A stretch of 64,000 bases of DNA from Bacteroidota bacterium (GCA_041168645.1 JBEEKM010000002.1:4871-68870), one strand, 5' to 3'. Positions 9,586-18,031 are shown, counted from the stretch's first letter. Numbers and translations: made by a program. The notes: generated from the letters alone by a model not told the origin.

Positions 9586-9658
9586 TGATTCCGCTGGGAT
9601 TCGAACCCAGGGCCCATACATTAAAAGTGTATTGCTCTACCAGCTGAGCTACGGAATC
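9586..9658 (-). tRNA. tRNA-Lys (anticodon UUU), 73 nt, CCA not encoded
   Basis: The reverse complement GATTCCGTAGCTCAGCTGGTAGAGCAATACACTTTTAATGTATGGGCCCTGGGTTCGAATCCCAGCGGAATCA folds as a cloverleaf. It has a 7-bp acceptor stem, a GCTC/GAGC D-arm, an ATACA/TGTAT anticodon stem with loop CTTTTAA, and a CTGGG/CCCAG T-arm with loop TTCGAAT. Confidence 0.95.
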
Positions 9659-9674
9659 TGCCGTTTTGAGGGTG

Positions 9675-9682
9675 CAAATATA
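9675..9682 (-). promoter_or_regulatory. candidate -7 promoter box for tRNA-Lys
   Basis: The minus strand reads TATATTTG (TAnnTTTG), ending 16 nt upstream of the mature tRNA 5' end. Confidence 0.5.
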
Positions 9683-9716
9683 TGGATTATCTTTAGATAA
9701 CACAAAGAATATATGG

Positions 9717-9724
9717 TAAATTTG
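9717..9724 (+). promoter_or_regulatory. candidate -7 promoter box for aroK
   Basis: TAAATTTG lies 49 nt upstream of ATG 9774, divergent from the tRNA promoter. Confidence 0.4.
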
Positions 9725-9773
9725 AAATTATTTTTTCGTCGCAAATCAATGCGCTGAAAGCCAAGCTGATAAT

Positions 9774-10280
9774 ATGATGAGCAAGAAGCCAATATTCTTG
9801 ATTGGAATGATGGGAAGTGGGAAGTCAAGCTTGGCTGTGGCTTTGGCAACTGCTTTGAAAGTTCCTGTTTATGATACCGACCTCGAGATTGAAAAGTTAA
9901 CGAGCTATTCTGTTTCTGAACTCTTCAGTGAATTTGGTGAGGCTTATTTTCGTGAACAAGAAAAAGCTTTGATAGAAAAGTTACCAGAACAGGCCGCTGT
10001 TGTGGCTTGTGGTGGTGGTTTGCCTTGTTATGGTGAACTTATGGATACGCTGCTTCAAAGAGGACATGTAATTTACCTGAGTGCTCCGGCAAAGGTTTTG
10101 TATGAACGCATAGGAGGTTCGGAGGATAGGCCCTTATTACAAGATTTGAACAGCTTTGATTTATTGCTTGAAAAAAGAAAAGAGGTTTACCAGCAGGCAA
10201 ACTATATCATTGATGCCCAGCAGGAGCCATCAGATTTGCTCAATGATTGTCTGACTTTTCTTAATAAAGATCTTTCTTAA
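9774..10280 (+). CDS. aroK: shikimate kinase
   Basis: It has the P-loop IFLIGMMGSGKSS, then DTD...E, then GGGLPCY, and at 168 aa has the typical AroK size. Confidence 0.9.
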   Translation: MMSKKPIFLIGMMGSGKSSLAVALATALKVPVYDTDLEIEKLTSYSVSELFSEFGEAYFREQEKALIEKLPEQAAVVACGGGLPCYGELMDTLLQRGHVIYLSAPAKVLYERIGGSEDRPLLQDLNSFDLLLEKRKEVYQQANYIIDAQQEPSDLLNDCLTFLNKDLS

Positions 10281-10956
10281 AGCCGATCGTAAAGTTGAAA
10301 AAGAACGGCGAAATAAAGTTGGTTTGACTAGCCGTGCTGTTGCTGCCATTGGCGAGCAAAAGATAATAAGCGGTTAAATCGGCATAAACCGTTCCTGTTG
10401 CAGGCATAGTATATTTAAGACCTCCTTGTAAGAAGCCACCAATTGCAAATATCCTGCCTTCTAAAATTTCAGCTGGATCTGTTTGGTACGCGTTTTCCCA
10501 ATTGACAATGCCAGTTACATCAATTTTGTCATAGGCTTTTCTGACTTTTCCGATGCCCAGAACAAGACCCGAGCCACCGTATCCGGCAAAACCGTTGTCG
10601 TAGTCATTGCCGATATAGTAGCGGTTTCCACCTTCAAACAAGAAGTAATTTGTTTTGTAACGGCTATTGACTGCAAGAATATATGGGTTTGTGCTCGGAT
10701 TGATTGCCGTAACGTAAGAAGTAATGGTTTGGCTATTGGCTTTAGGTAAAAGGAAATTGACACGCCCGTAAAGCGTAACATCACCGCTTCTTGGTATTTC
10801 AATGTGACCATGTAGGCCAGGCATACTTAAAGACTCTTGGGCCTGACCTGTAGTATTCATGAAATTTGTATAGCTGAGACCACCTCCAAAGCTGATTTGA
10901 GCAGAAAGGTTATTCTGTATCAGCAGACCAATTAAAATAAAGAGAAAATTTTTCAT
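10261..10956 (-). CDS. small outer-membrane beta-barrel (porin-family-like) protein
   Basis: The signal peptide is MKNFLFILIGLLIQNNLSAQ, and the sequence shows an alternating aromatic/Gly-rich beta-strand pattern. I chose the ATG at 10956 over the track start at 10995. The 3' end overlaps aroK convergently by 20 nt. Confidence 0.55.
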   Translation of the reverse strand: MKNFLFILIGLLIQNNLSAQISFGGGLSYTNFMNTTGQAQESLSMPGLHGHIEIPRSGDVTLYGRVNFLLPKANSQTITSYVTAINPSTNPYILAVNSRYKTNYFLFEGGNRYYIGNDYDNGFAGYGGSGLVLGIGKVRKAYDKIDVTGIVNWENAYQTDPAEILEGRIFAIGGFLQGGLKYTMPATGTVYADLTAYYLLLANGSNSTASQTNFISPFFFNFTIGFKKDLY

Positions 10957-10984
10957 GTGTTCTGTTTTACAAGAATCGTTCCAA

Positions 10985-10992
10985 CAAAAATA
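10985..10992 (-). promoter_or_regulatory. candidate -7 promoter box for the 10261-10956 gene
   Basis: The minus strand reads TATTTTTG, 28 nt upstream of the ATG at 10956. Confidence 0.4.
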
Positions 10993-11068
10993 CACCGATT
11001 TGAAGCAGAATAAACAAGGTTTTGCTCATAATTAATTTTGATTTGTTTTTTGGTGTGATATTTTCATC

Positions 11069-11076
11069 TAAATTTG
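11069..11076 (+). promoter_or_regulatory. candidate -7 promoter box immediately upstream of ATG 11083
   Basis: TAAATTTG ends 6 nt before ATG 11083. A second perfect box, TAATTTTG at 11033-11040, is an alternative promoter. Confidence 0.35.
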
Positions 11077-11082
11077 TTTGAA

Positions 11083-12003
11083 ATGACAAGAGTTCAGTAC
11101 TTTTTCTCTTTTGTGTTAGCCACCATATCTTTCATTGCTGCTAGGTCAATTCAGCAAGAAGGAGTGAAGTCTTACTACCAAGAATTAGCGAGTACTTTTC
11201 ATAAGGAAATCGGCTTTTTTGATTTGTCCGAAACCGATGCAGCACATTATTTACCTATGGGCTTGCAGCCATTTTCTGCACTCACTTCCCTCGACACCAA
11301 TTCCATGTTGGCCATTAGTCATGACTCTTTAAGTTTAATGACCTACTTGCCACAAACCAACACTTTCCATTACATGCCAGCCTTGGCTGAAGGTACGAAA
11401 ATCATTCAGGTGGCTTACCACGATTCTACAGTTGTGATGCTCGATGCAGCGCAGCAACTTTATTTTATGGATGCCTCGCTGTCAAAAGCTGTAGCAGAAC
11501 CATTAAATATTGCTCAAGAAGATGCTACTCATAAATTGCTTTGTTTTCATCCCAACACAAGTCGTCTTTTATTTTTGAAGCAAACAGAACAAGGTTCAGA
11601 AAACAAGCGCTACGCGATTCAAACGATGCGCCTTGGTGCTCAAAAAATTTCAGAAACACCGCTGTTTCAATTCGAACAAAGTGCACTACTTGCTTTCATT
11701 CAACAAACGCAAGACCTCTCGTTAGATGAAGTCTTCACGTTTGACCCTGTTTCAATGGCGGTGCATCCTCAGACCAACGAATTGTATATCCTAAGCAGCA
11801 CAGGTTCTATCTTAACACTTGATCAACAAGGTAATTTCCTGAGCTTTCAAAACATCGATCTTCAGCAGATTAGCCAGCCAAGGGTTTTGTCTTTTGATTT
11901 AAATGGAGACCTACTCCTTACAGACGGTTCTGTCTTGCATCCGGTTATCCTAAAGGTGCGTTGGCAAAAGATGCTTCCTAAGAAGGGGACCCTCGTTAAA
12001 TAA
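11083..12003 (+). CDS. hypothetical membrane-anchored or secreted protein, possibly SdiA-regulated/YjiK-like beta-propeller
   Basis: It has a hydrophobic N-terminus (MTRVQYFFSFVLATISFIAA). The C-terminal ELYILSSTGSILTLDQQGNF...LSFDLNGDLLLTDG repeats resemble propeller blades. The family assignment is weak. Confidence 0.4.
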   Translation: MTRVQYFFSFVLATISFIAARSIQQEGVKSYYQELASTFHKEIGFFDLSETDAAHYLPMGLQPFSALTSLDTNSMLAISHDSLSLMTYLPQTNTFHYMPALAEGTKIIQVAYHDSTVVMLDAAQQLYFMDASLSKAVAEPLNIAQEDATHKLLCFHPNTSRLLFLKQTEQGSENKRYAIQTMRLGAQKISETPLFQFEQSALLAFIQQTQDLSLDEVFTFDPVSMAVHPQTNELYILSSTGSILTLDQQGNFLSFQNIDLQQISQPRVLSFDLNGDLLLTDGSVLHPVILKVRWQKMLPKKGTLVK

Positions 12004-12543
12004 GCCATCTAACACAGACAAATTTGTTACAAATGCTTGCTCTTGGGCAAACAGTTGATAATAAGGAGTCGTTACTTCCTGAATTCTACCCAACCATTCT
12101 TTTTTATCAGTTCTTGAACTCAAGAAATCGCTGCTATACTCGAGTTTAATATCTAATCCTAAAGCTGCTGAAAGCCAATTCCAAATGAGTTCATTGAGTT
12201 CTAAAAGCGTTCTGGGTTGTGCGGCAAATATGGCCTTTAGATCATGTGCATAATGCTCGAAATGGGGTGCATTTGCGTAAGCGCTTTCAATAGCGCGCCA
12301 ATGATCAGTGACCCAAGATTTTGAGTAATCAATGAGGCAATCTTTCATTTTGACTTTTTGTCCGGAGTGGTGAATGACCGGCACATTCAACTGCAACACG
12401 CCATTGGCTGTCAAGATTTCACAGCGCGTTCGGATGCTTTGCTTCACAAAGTGCTCGTGTATTTCAATAAGCGTTTCAGGACTGTTCATGAAGGCCCGTA
12501 TATAGGCCATAGATGGAAAATAAGCAGTCTGAAAGCTAGGCAT
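11950..12543 (-). CDS. WbqC-family protein
   Basis: The N-terminus MPSFQTAYFPSMAYIRAFMNSPETLIEIHEHFVKQSIRTRCEILTANGVLQLNVPV and the C-terminal SVLDGLFNEGP match my memory of the WbqC-like family. Its start overlaps the lepB stop by 1 nt (TAATG). Confidence 0.65.
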   Translation of the reverse strand: MPSFQTAYFPSMAYIRAFMNSPETLIEIHEHFVKQSIRTRCEILTANGVLQLNVPVIHHSGQKVKMKDCLIDYSKSWVTDHWRAIESAYANAPHFEHYAHDLKAIFAAQPRTLLELNELIWNWLSAALGLDIKLEYSSDFLSSRTDKKEWLGRIQEVTTPYYQLFAQEQAFVTNLSVLDGLFNEGPLLRKHLLPTHL

Positions 12544-14402
12544 TAGTCAACAATGCGGAAAATTCTGTCAAAGCGTATGCCAAGGAAAGAATCTACAAAT
12601 GGTGATTTCGAGAACCAAACGAATGAGGCTCGTCCAACTATATGGTCTTCAGGTACAAAGCCCCATACGCGTGAGTCTGCCGAATGGAAGCGGTTGTCTC
12701 CCATCATCCAGTAATAGTTCATAGCAAAGCGGTAATGCGTAGCGAGTTTACCGTCAATGTAGATTTTATCTCCTTTAATGGCCAGTTGGTGTCCTTCGTA
12801 AGCACTGATGATGCGTTTGTACCAAGCAATATTCTTAGTGTTGATAGCAATGCGTTGCCCTTTGCGAGGAATCTGGAAGCGCTGAAAATCAGTCATGGTG
12901 TTATTGACATTGAAATCTTTCGGAAACTGATCTAGGTTGGCAATTTTTTGTAAAGGTGTTGCTTTAAGCGCTTCTTTGGCAGACCACTGTGGGTAACGCA
13001 CCTTTTCAAGGCGAATACGGAAGTCTTGTTCAATTTTTTGCTTTTCTTGCTTGGTCAGGTTCAAGACATAGTATTTCGAGTCATTGAAGGCGTCAAAATC
13101 GGTGCGTGCGCCATCAGCAGAATTTTCTAGACCATAGCGTGTGAGCATTTCAGGAACTGAAGGGAAGGAGACCTTTGTTTTTTCAATCCGATACAACAAG
13201 GCTTGCCCTGGTGAAACATAAGCTCTTTTCCCGTTTACATATAAAACAGAATTCTTGATTTCAAGAATATCGCCAGGTGTTCCAACACAGCGCTTAATAT
13301 AGTTCTCGCGCTTATCCACAGGCCGAAAAATAAGACCACCATGTGTTTGGCTATATTTACTTTCTTCCATATAAACCGGGAATTCGCCATTTTTAAAGCG
13401 TTCGCGCGCAAGGTTTTTCCAGTAGGCGTGTTGTTCAATAAATTGAGCCAACAAGTTGTTTTCCGCTGGCGTTGCTTCGCGTCTTTCCCAAACAGCACTG
13501 ACATTATTTTTAATGGCAAATTCAAAAAGAGCTTCCTGATTTACGAGACCGTGGAAGTCGTGCCCCATGAGGCCACCTGGCATGCGTGGGTCCAAGATGG
13601 CGGTGTCACCCGAAGGAAAGTTAAATACAACGATGTCGTTGCGCTTAATTTTCGCCCAGCCTGGTAGGCGGGTGTAGGTACCTTTTTCCCAGTCGAGGTA
13701 TGATTTGATATTGACAAGTGGAACAATGTTATGCACCAAGGGGTAGGAAAGTGGTGTGATGGGCACTTTAGGGCCATAGGCCAATTTATTAACCACCAAA
13801 AAGTCACCGACCAACATGGTTTTTTCCATGGAGCCAGTCGGGATTTGAAAAGGTTCGAAAGAGTAGGTGCGAATGACGGCGGCTGCTACAAGGGCCCAAA
13901 TGAAAGAATCGCCATATTCTTTAACTCTTGGTTTGGTGCCTGGCTTATCGCGGGAGATTTTATCAAAACCAATAGCTAAAATGTGGCCAATGACAGGCAG
14001 CGCCATGAATAATACCACGTGATCACCCCATTTTCTGATTTCAACTTCTCTTGAATTAGACCAATTGGTAGCTGGCCCATAAGTCAGGGCTTCGTTTTTA
14101 GCAACTTGATTGAATAACAAATACGGAAAAAATAGCCCTTGTAAGGTTTCTTTGAGGTTGTAAAAGCCAAAACGACGCAATAAACTCACGTTGATCGTCA
14201 TCCACATGACTAAATGCACGCCAGGGAAAGCTAATAATAAAGACCACCATGGCTTATTGAGTACTTCTTTGTACAAAATGAAGTAGTTATAACCAGGCAC
14301 CATGGCCTCCCACGATTTTCTACCGAGTTTCGGGAATACTTTATGCCATTGAGCAAGGTAGGGGTGTAAGAGGATCAGTAAGTAAAAATAAATGAAACTC
14401 AT
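12543..14402 (-). CDS. lepB: signal peptidase I (S26) with an N-terminal DUF5684-like membrane extension
   Basis: The S26 catalytic blocks are present: IPTGSMEKTMLVGDFLVVNK (Ser), YIKRCVGTPGD (Lys) and MMGDNRFHSADSRVWGFVPEDHIVGRA. The N-terminal ~110 aa (WHKVFPKLGRKSWEAMVPGYNYFILYKEVLNKPWWSLLLAFPGV...) resembles small DUF5684 membrane proteins. Confidence 0.9.
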   Translation of the reverse strand: MSFIYFYLLILLHPYLAQWHKVFPKLGRKSWEAMVPGYNYFILYKEVLNKPWWSLLLAFPGVHLVMWMTINVSLLRRFGFYNLKETLQGLFFPYLLFNQVAKNEALTYGPATNWSNSREVEIRKWGDHVVLFMALPVIGHILAIGFDKISRDKPGTKPRVKEYGDSFIWALVAAAVIRTYSFEPFQIPTGSMEKTMLVGDFLVVNKLAYGPKVPITPLSYPLVHNIVPLVNIKSYLDWEKGTYTRLPGWAKIKRNDIVVFNFPSGDTAILDPRMPGGLMGHDFHGLVNQEALFEFAIKNNVSAVWERREATPAENNLLAQFIEQHAYWKNLARERFKNGEFPVYMEESKYSQTHGGLIFRPVDKRENYIKRCVGTPGDILEIKNSVLYVNGKRAYVSPGQALLYRIEKTKVSFPSVPEMLTRYGLENSADGARTDFDAFNDSKYYVLNLTKQEKQKIEQDFRIRLEKVRYPQWSAKEALKATPLQKIANLDQFPKDFNVNNTMTDFQRFQIPRKGQRIAINTKNIAWYKRIISAYEGHQLAIKGDKIYIDGKLATHYRFAMNYYWMMGDNRFHSADSRVWGFVPEDHIVGRASFVWFSKSPFVDSFLGIRFDRIFRIVD

Positions 14403-15112
14403 GCTTGAATGTTTAGTACGTCAGACATTTGATAACAGCCTTTGCGGCCTTTTAAAAATTCGGCGGCAAGAACGGCGCCTAAGGCAAAGCCTTTGCGATT
14501 ATGGGCAATGTGTTCGATGCGAATGGTATCGATTTCGGAGTCATAGCTGACCTCGTGTGTGCCGGGAACATCTGGAATTCGGTGTGCGACTACCGGAATT
14601 TGAGCAGCTGAATTCGGCTCAAGGCTCCAGCTGTCATATTGAGTTTGAATCTGGAGAATGTCGTTTAATAGACTCACAGCGGTGCCACTTGGGGCATCTA
14701 GTTTTTGAACATGATGCGTTTCAGACAAACTCACTTTATATTCAGGATAGTTCGAAAGTAGTTCGGCTAATTTTTGATTAAGAGCAAAAAATAAATTCAC
14801 ACCCACACTAAAATTACTTGCGTGTAAAAGAGCAGACTGCTGCTCTTCAATAAGTGCTTGTGCACGCGGGAGGTCTTGGAGCCAAGCCGTAGTGCCCACA
14901 ACAATGGGTACTTGTTTTTTAGCGCAGAATTCAATGTGTTGCACTGCCAGATGCGGTTGTGTAAACTCAATACAGACATCGACCAAGGACCAATCAACAC
15001 TTTTTAAAGGTGTTTGAGAGTTGATTTTAGCCACAATTTGGTGGCCTCGTTCCAAGGCAATTTGTTCAATGGCCTTTCCCATTTTTCCGTATCCGAGCAG
15101 GGCGATATTCAT
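14399..15112 (-). CDS. dapB: 4-hydroxy-tetrahydrodipicolinate reductase
   Basis: It has the NAD-binding N-terminus MNIALLGYGKMGKAI, followed by ETHHVQKLDAPSGTA and HNRKGFALGA. Its stop overlaps the lepB start by 4 nt. Confidence 0.9.
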   Translation of the reverse strand: MNIALLGYGKMGKAIEQIALERGHQIVAKINSQTPLKSVDWSLVDVCIEFTQPHLAVQHIEFCAKKQVPIVVGTTAWLQDLPRAQALIEEQQSALLHASNFSVGVNLFFALNQKLAELLSNYPEYKVSLSETHHVQKLDAPSGTAVSLLNDILQIQTQYDSWSLEPNSAAQIPVVAHRIPDVPGTHEVSYDSEIDTIRIEHIAHNRKGFALGAVLAAEFLKGRKGCYQMSDVLNIQA

Positions 15113-15131
15113 CTTGTAAAAATAATATAAA

Positions 15132-15668
15132 TCAATGAAAGCTCAGGCTTAATCTTGCCCCGACATAACCCTGGGTTGAAAAGAAGGGATCTAGATGAAA
15201 ACTGAGGTCGGGTGAAGTATCAAAATTCACAAAATGTGCTTCTGCGCCAGCTTCGGCAATTTGAATGAAATAAACGGCTGCAAGGCCGAGTATAGAGAGG
15301 TCTCGCCAATCTAGATATTGTCTGTAAAGTTGCAAGACCGCAGCGTCATCGTAGAGGGCATATTTCGGATCAGGTGTGCCCCCAATTTGCCGCTGAGTAT
15401 ACTCAAATTTCAATTCCTTTTGCATGCGTTGATTACTGATCAAAAAGTAACCAGCACTTCCGACCCCTGCATAAATTATGGGCACTTTCCAAATGGCATT
15501 GTTGTGTCGGGTAGAAATGATGCTGTTTCTGATTTGACCTGCTCCGGGAATGATCGCAGAGTAGAGCATGCTTTTTTGATGAAATTCAAGGCTGGATGAA
15601 TCTGGTTCACTGATGATTTGCGCAAACGACAGTTGCTGAAACAGAAAAATCAGTACTAGGATTCTCAT
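15132..15668 (-). CDS. DUF5683-domain membrane protein
   Basis: The motif SAIIPGAGQIRN...IWKVPIIYAGVGSAGY is present. The position between parB and dapB is the usual Bacteroidota synteny. Confidence 0.7.
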   Translation of the reverse strand: MRILVLIFLFQQLSFAQIISEPDSSSLEFHQKSMLYSAIIPGAGQIRNSIISTRHNNAIWKVPIIYAGVGSAGYFLISNQRMQKELKFEYTQRQIGGTPDPKYALYDDAAVLQLYRQYLDWRDLSILGLAAVYFIQIAEAGAEAHFVNFDTSPDLSFHLDPFFSTQGYVGARLSLSFH

Positions 15669-16585
15669 TCTGTTTTTTTCAACATCTCGATGAGGCGCTG
15701 TAGTTGTTGCTCTTCTTCGAAATGAATGATCAATTTACCCTTGCCGTTCGATTCTTTATCTAGGCTTACTTTACTTTGAAGTTGCTCGCTGAGATAAGAT
15801 AGATAAAGTTTTTCGGTCGTAGTGAGCGATATCTTTTCTTTGTTGCTACTTTTTGAAGCTTCTTTGCCCTGGCTGCCTAATTCTTGGGTTGGTTTACTGA
15901 GTGCCTCTACGGCACGAACAGAAAGTTGTTCCGTAAGAATGCGCTCGAGAGCGGCAAGCTGTTCTTTTTCAGAGCTAAGTGCTAAAAGCGCGCGTGCATG
16001 CCCCATTGACAATTGCTTGTCGCGGACGGCTGCTTGAATGGGCGCCGGTAATTTGAGAAGTCTGAGGTGATTGGCGATGTGAGACCTTGATTTTGCTACC
16101 TTTTCACTGAGCTGATCTTGGGTGAGTTTGCATTCATCGATGAGCCTTTCATAAGAAAGTGCCACTTCAATGGCATTCAGGTCTTCACGTTGAATGTTTT
16201 CCACTAAGGCCATTTCTAGCATGGTTTGGTCATTAGCGATGCGTACGTAGGCCGGAACTTCAGTTAAACCCGCTAGTTGCGCTGCTCTGAATCTACGCTC
16301 ACCAGAAATAAGCTGGTAGCGGTCTCGGCCCATTTTTCTGACGGTAAGGGGTTGAATAATGCCGTGGGTCAGGATCGATGTTTTGAGTTCTTCAAGTGCG
16401 CTCAGTTCAAAGTGCGTGCGCGGGTTAAATGGATTGGCTTCAATGGAGCTGATCAAAATCAAGGCAACAGCGCCTGCAGGAACTGCATTGTTGTTGCTTG
16501 TGATGTCGGTGTCTGAATTTTGTAAAAGTGCGCTTAAGCCACGACCTAATGCGGGCTGTTTTTTCGGGTTAGAGCTCATGATCAA
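15665..16585 (-). CDS. parB: ParB/Spo0J chromosome partitioning protein
   Basis: Conserved blocks are LGRGLSALL, NPFNPRTHF, GIIQPLTVRK and LISGERRFRAAQLAGL, followed by an HTH. Confidence 0.93.
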   Translation of the reverse strand: MIMSSNPKKQPALGRGLSALLQNSDTDITSNNNAVPAGAVALILISSIEANPFNPRTHFELSALEELKTSILTHGIIQPLTVRKMGRDRYQLISGERRFRAAQLAGLTEVPAYVRIANDQTMLEMALVENIQREDLNAIEVALSYERLIDECKLTQDQLSEKVAKSRSHIANHLRLLKLPAPIQAAVRDKQLSMGHARALLALSSEKEQLAALERILTEQLSVRAVEALSKPTQELGSQGKEASKSSNKEKISLTTTEKLYLSYLSEQLQSKVSLDKESNGKGKLIIHFEEEQQLQRLIEMLKKTE

Positions 16586-17381
16586 TCTCTATTATTTTAT
16601 CGTCGTTGCCAATTTTAGTGGCGTCGTTTTTTTGTAAAAGTTCACGCGCAAAATTCAAATAGTTAATGGCGCCTTTAGAGGATGCATCGTACATGATAAC
16701 TGTTGAGCCATGGCTAGAAGCTTCACTGAGTGTGGTGTTGCGGTGAATAACGGTATCGAAAACCAATTCTTGAAAATGCGTCTTGACTTCGTCTACCACT
16801 TGATTAGCTAAGCGCAAACGGGTGTCGTACATGGTGAGGACCATGCCTTCAATTTCCAAACTTGGGTTGAGGCGGCCTTGAACAATTTTGATGGTGTTTA
16901 GCAACTTGCTAAGCCCTTCTAGGGCGAAATATTCGCATTGTACCGGTATCATGACGGCATCTGCGGCAACAAGCGCATTGACAGTAATGAGACCAAGTGA
17001 AGGGGAGCAGTCAATTAAAATGAAGTCGTAGTCGTCTTTAATTTGCTCAAGTGCCTCTTTGAGCAAATATTCGCGGTTGGGCATATTGATCATTTCAAGT
17101 TCTGCACCAACCAGGTCTACGTGTGAAGGTAAAATGAAAAGATTCGGATTGGTAGTTTCAAGGATGGCCTCATTAGGATGATTCCCGTTTACTAAACAAT
17201 CGTAAATATTTTTGACAGATTTAGGGTCAAAACCAAGGCCGGAAGTAGAGTTTGCCTGCGGGTCAGCGTCGATAATCAGTGTTTTGTATTCAAGCACACC
17301 GAGACAGCCACCTAAATTGATGGAAGTTGTTGTTTTACCGACTCCGCCTTTTTGGTTGGCGATGGCAATGATTTTACCCAT
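16569..17381 (-). CDS. parA: ParA/Soj partitioning ATPase
   Basis: It carries the deviant Walker A KIIAIANQKGGVGKTTT and then DADPQANSTSGLG. It overlaps the parB start by 17 nt. Confidence 0.93.
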   Translation of the reverse strand: MGKIIAIANQKGGVGKTTTSINLGGCLGVLEYKTLIIDADPQANSTSGLGFDPKSVKNIYDCLVNGNHPNEAILETTNPNLFILPSHVDLVGAELEMINMPNREYLLKEALEQIKDDYDFILIDCSPSLGLITVNALVAADAVMIPVQCEYFALEGLSKLLNTIKIVQGRLNPSLEIEGMVLTMYDTRLRLANQVVDEVKTHFQELVFDTVIHRNTTLSEASSHGSTVIMYDASSKGAINYLNFARELLQKNDATKIGNDDKIIEIDHEL

Positions 17382-17529
17382 AATTGATCTATTGAAAGCT
17401 AAAATTACAAGTAGTTCTGCATTCTTGGAAGCCCCTGTCTAGGAACTTATCAACCATTTTCATGTGCTTGCTGTCAATATCATTCATTCACAGCGCCTTA
17501 GCTATGTAAAACAATCCGTTGTTTTTCAG

Positions 17530-17537
17530 TAATTTTG
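17530..17537 (+). promoter_or_regulatory. candidate -7 promoter box 4 nt upstream of ATG 17542 (possible leaderless transcript)
   Basis: TAATTTTG is followed by TTAA and then the ATG. Confidence 0.4.
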
Positions 17538-17541
17538 TTAA

Positions 17542-17940
17542 ATGTTTGTCAAGCGATATATTAAGATAGGAGCAGCAGCTGCCAATGACATTCAATTCGC
17601 TGATTCCGAATTGCTGCCTTATCATGCGCTTTTGTTGCAAGATAGCAATGGTGCCGTTTATTTCCATTTGTGTGTAGCGGAAGCAAGGGCTTTATTGAAC
17701 GGTAATACTATTGATCATTTGGTTGAACTCCAAGCCCATGATCACTTGCAAATTGGCACTACAAACTTGGCAATCAAAGACTTATTTGATTGGCCCGTAC
17801 AGGTTGCAGCCGAGACAGTCAACGCAACAGATTCAGTCGCAGTCATTGAGTCTAGTTCTAAACGAGGCCTGAGTTTACAACTCGTTGTCATTTACGCGGC
17901 AGTCGCTTTGTTGCTCATTCTGATGGCTTTTTACGTTTAG
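17542..17940 (+). CDS. small FHA-like protein with a C-terminal transmembrane anchor
   Basis: The pattern IKIGAAAANDIQFADSELLPYHALLLQDSNG...LNGNTI...LQAHDHLQIG resembles an FHA fold. The C-terminus LQLVVIYAAVALLLILMAFYV is a TM helix. The assignment is tentative. Confidence 0.45.
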   Translation: MFVKRYIKIGAAAANDIQFADSELLPYHALLLQDSNGAVYFHLCVAEARALLNGNTIDHLVELQAHDHLQIGTTNLAIKDLFDWPVQVAAETVNATDSVAVIESSSKRGLSLQLVVIYAAVALLLILMAFYV

Positions 17941-18031
17941 CCTAAAAAAAATGCAATTTTCTGTGAGCAAATCAGAAAATATTCGTAATATTGCACCCCC
18001 GTTTGATTGAAAACGGTTTAAAATTTCTGAG

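Noticed and set aside
9410-9700. 96-aa ORF spanning the large intergenic gap
   Set aside because: It runs antisense straight through the tRNA-Lys gene and its terminator, and has odd composition and no promoter context. I treat it as spurious.
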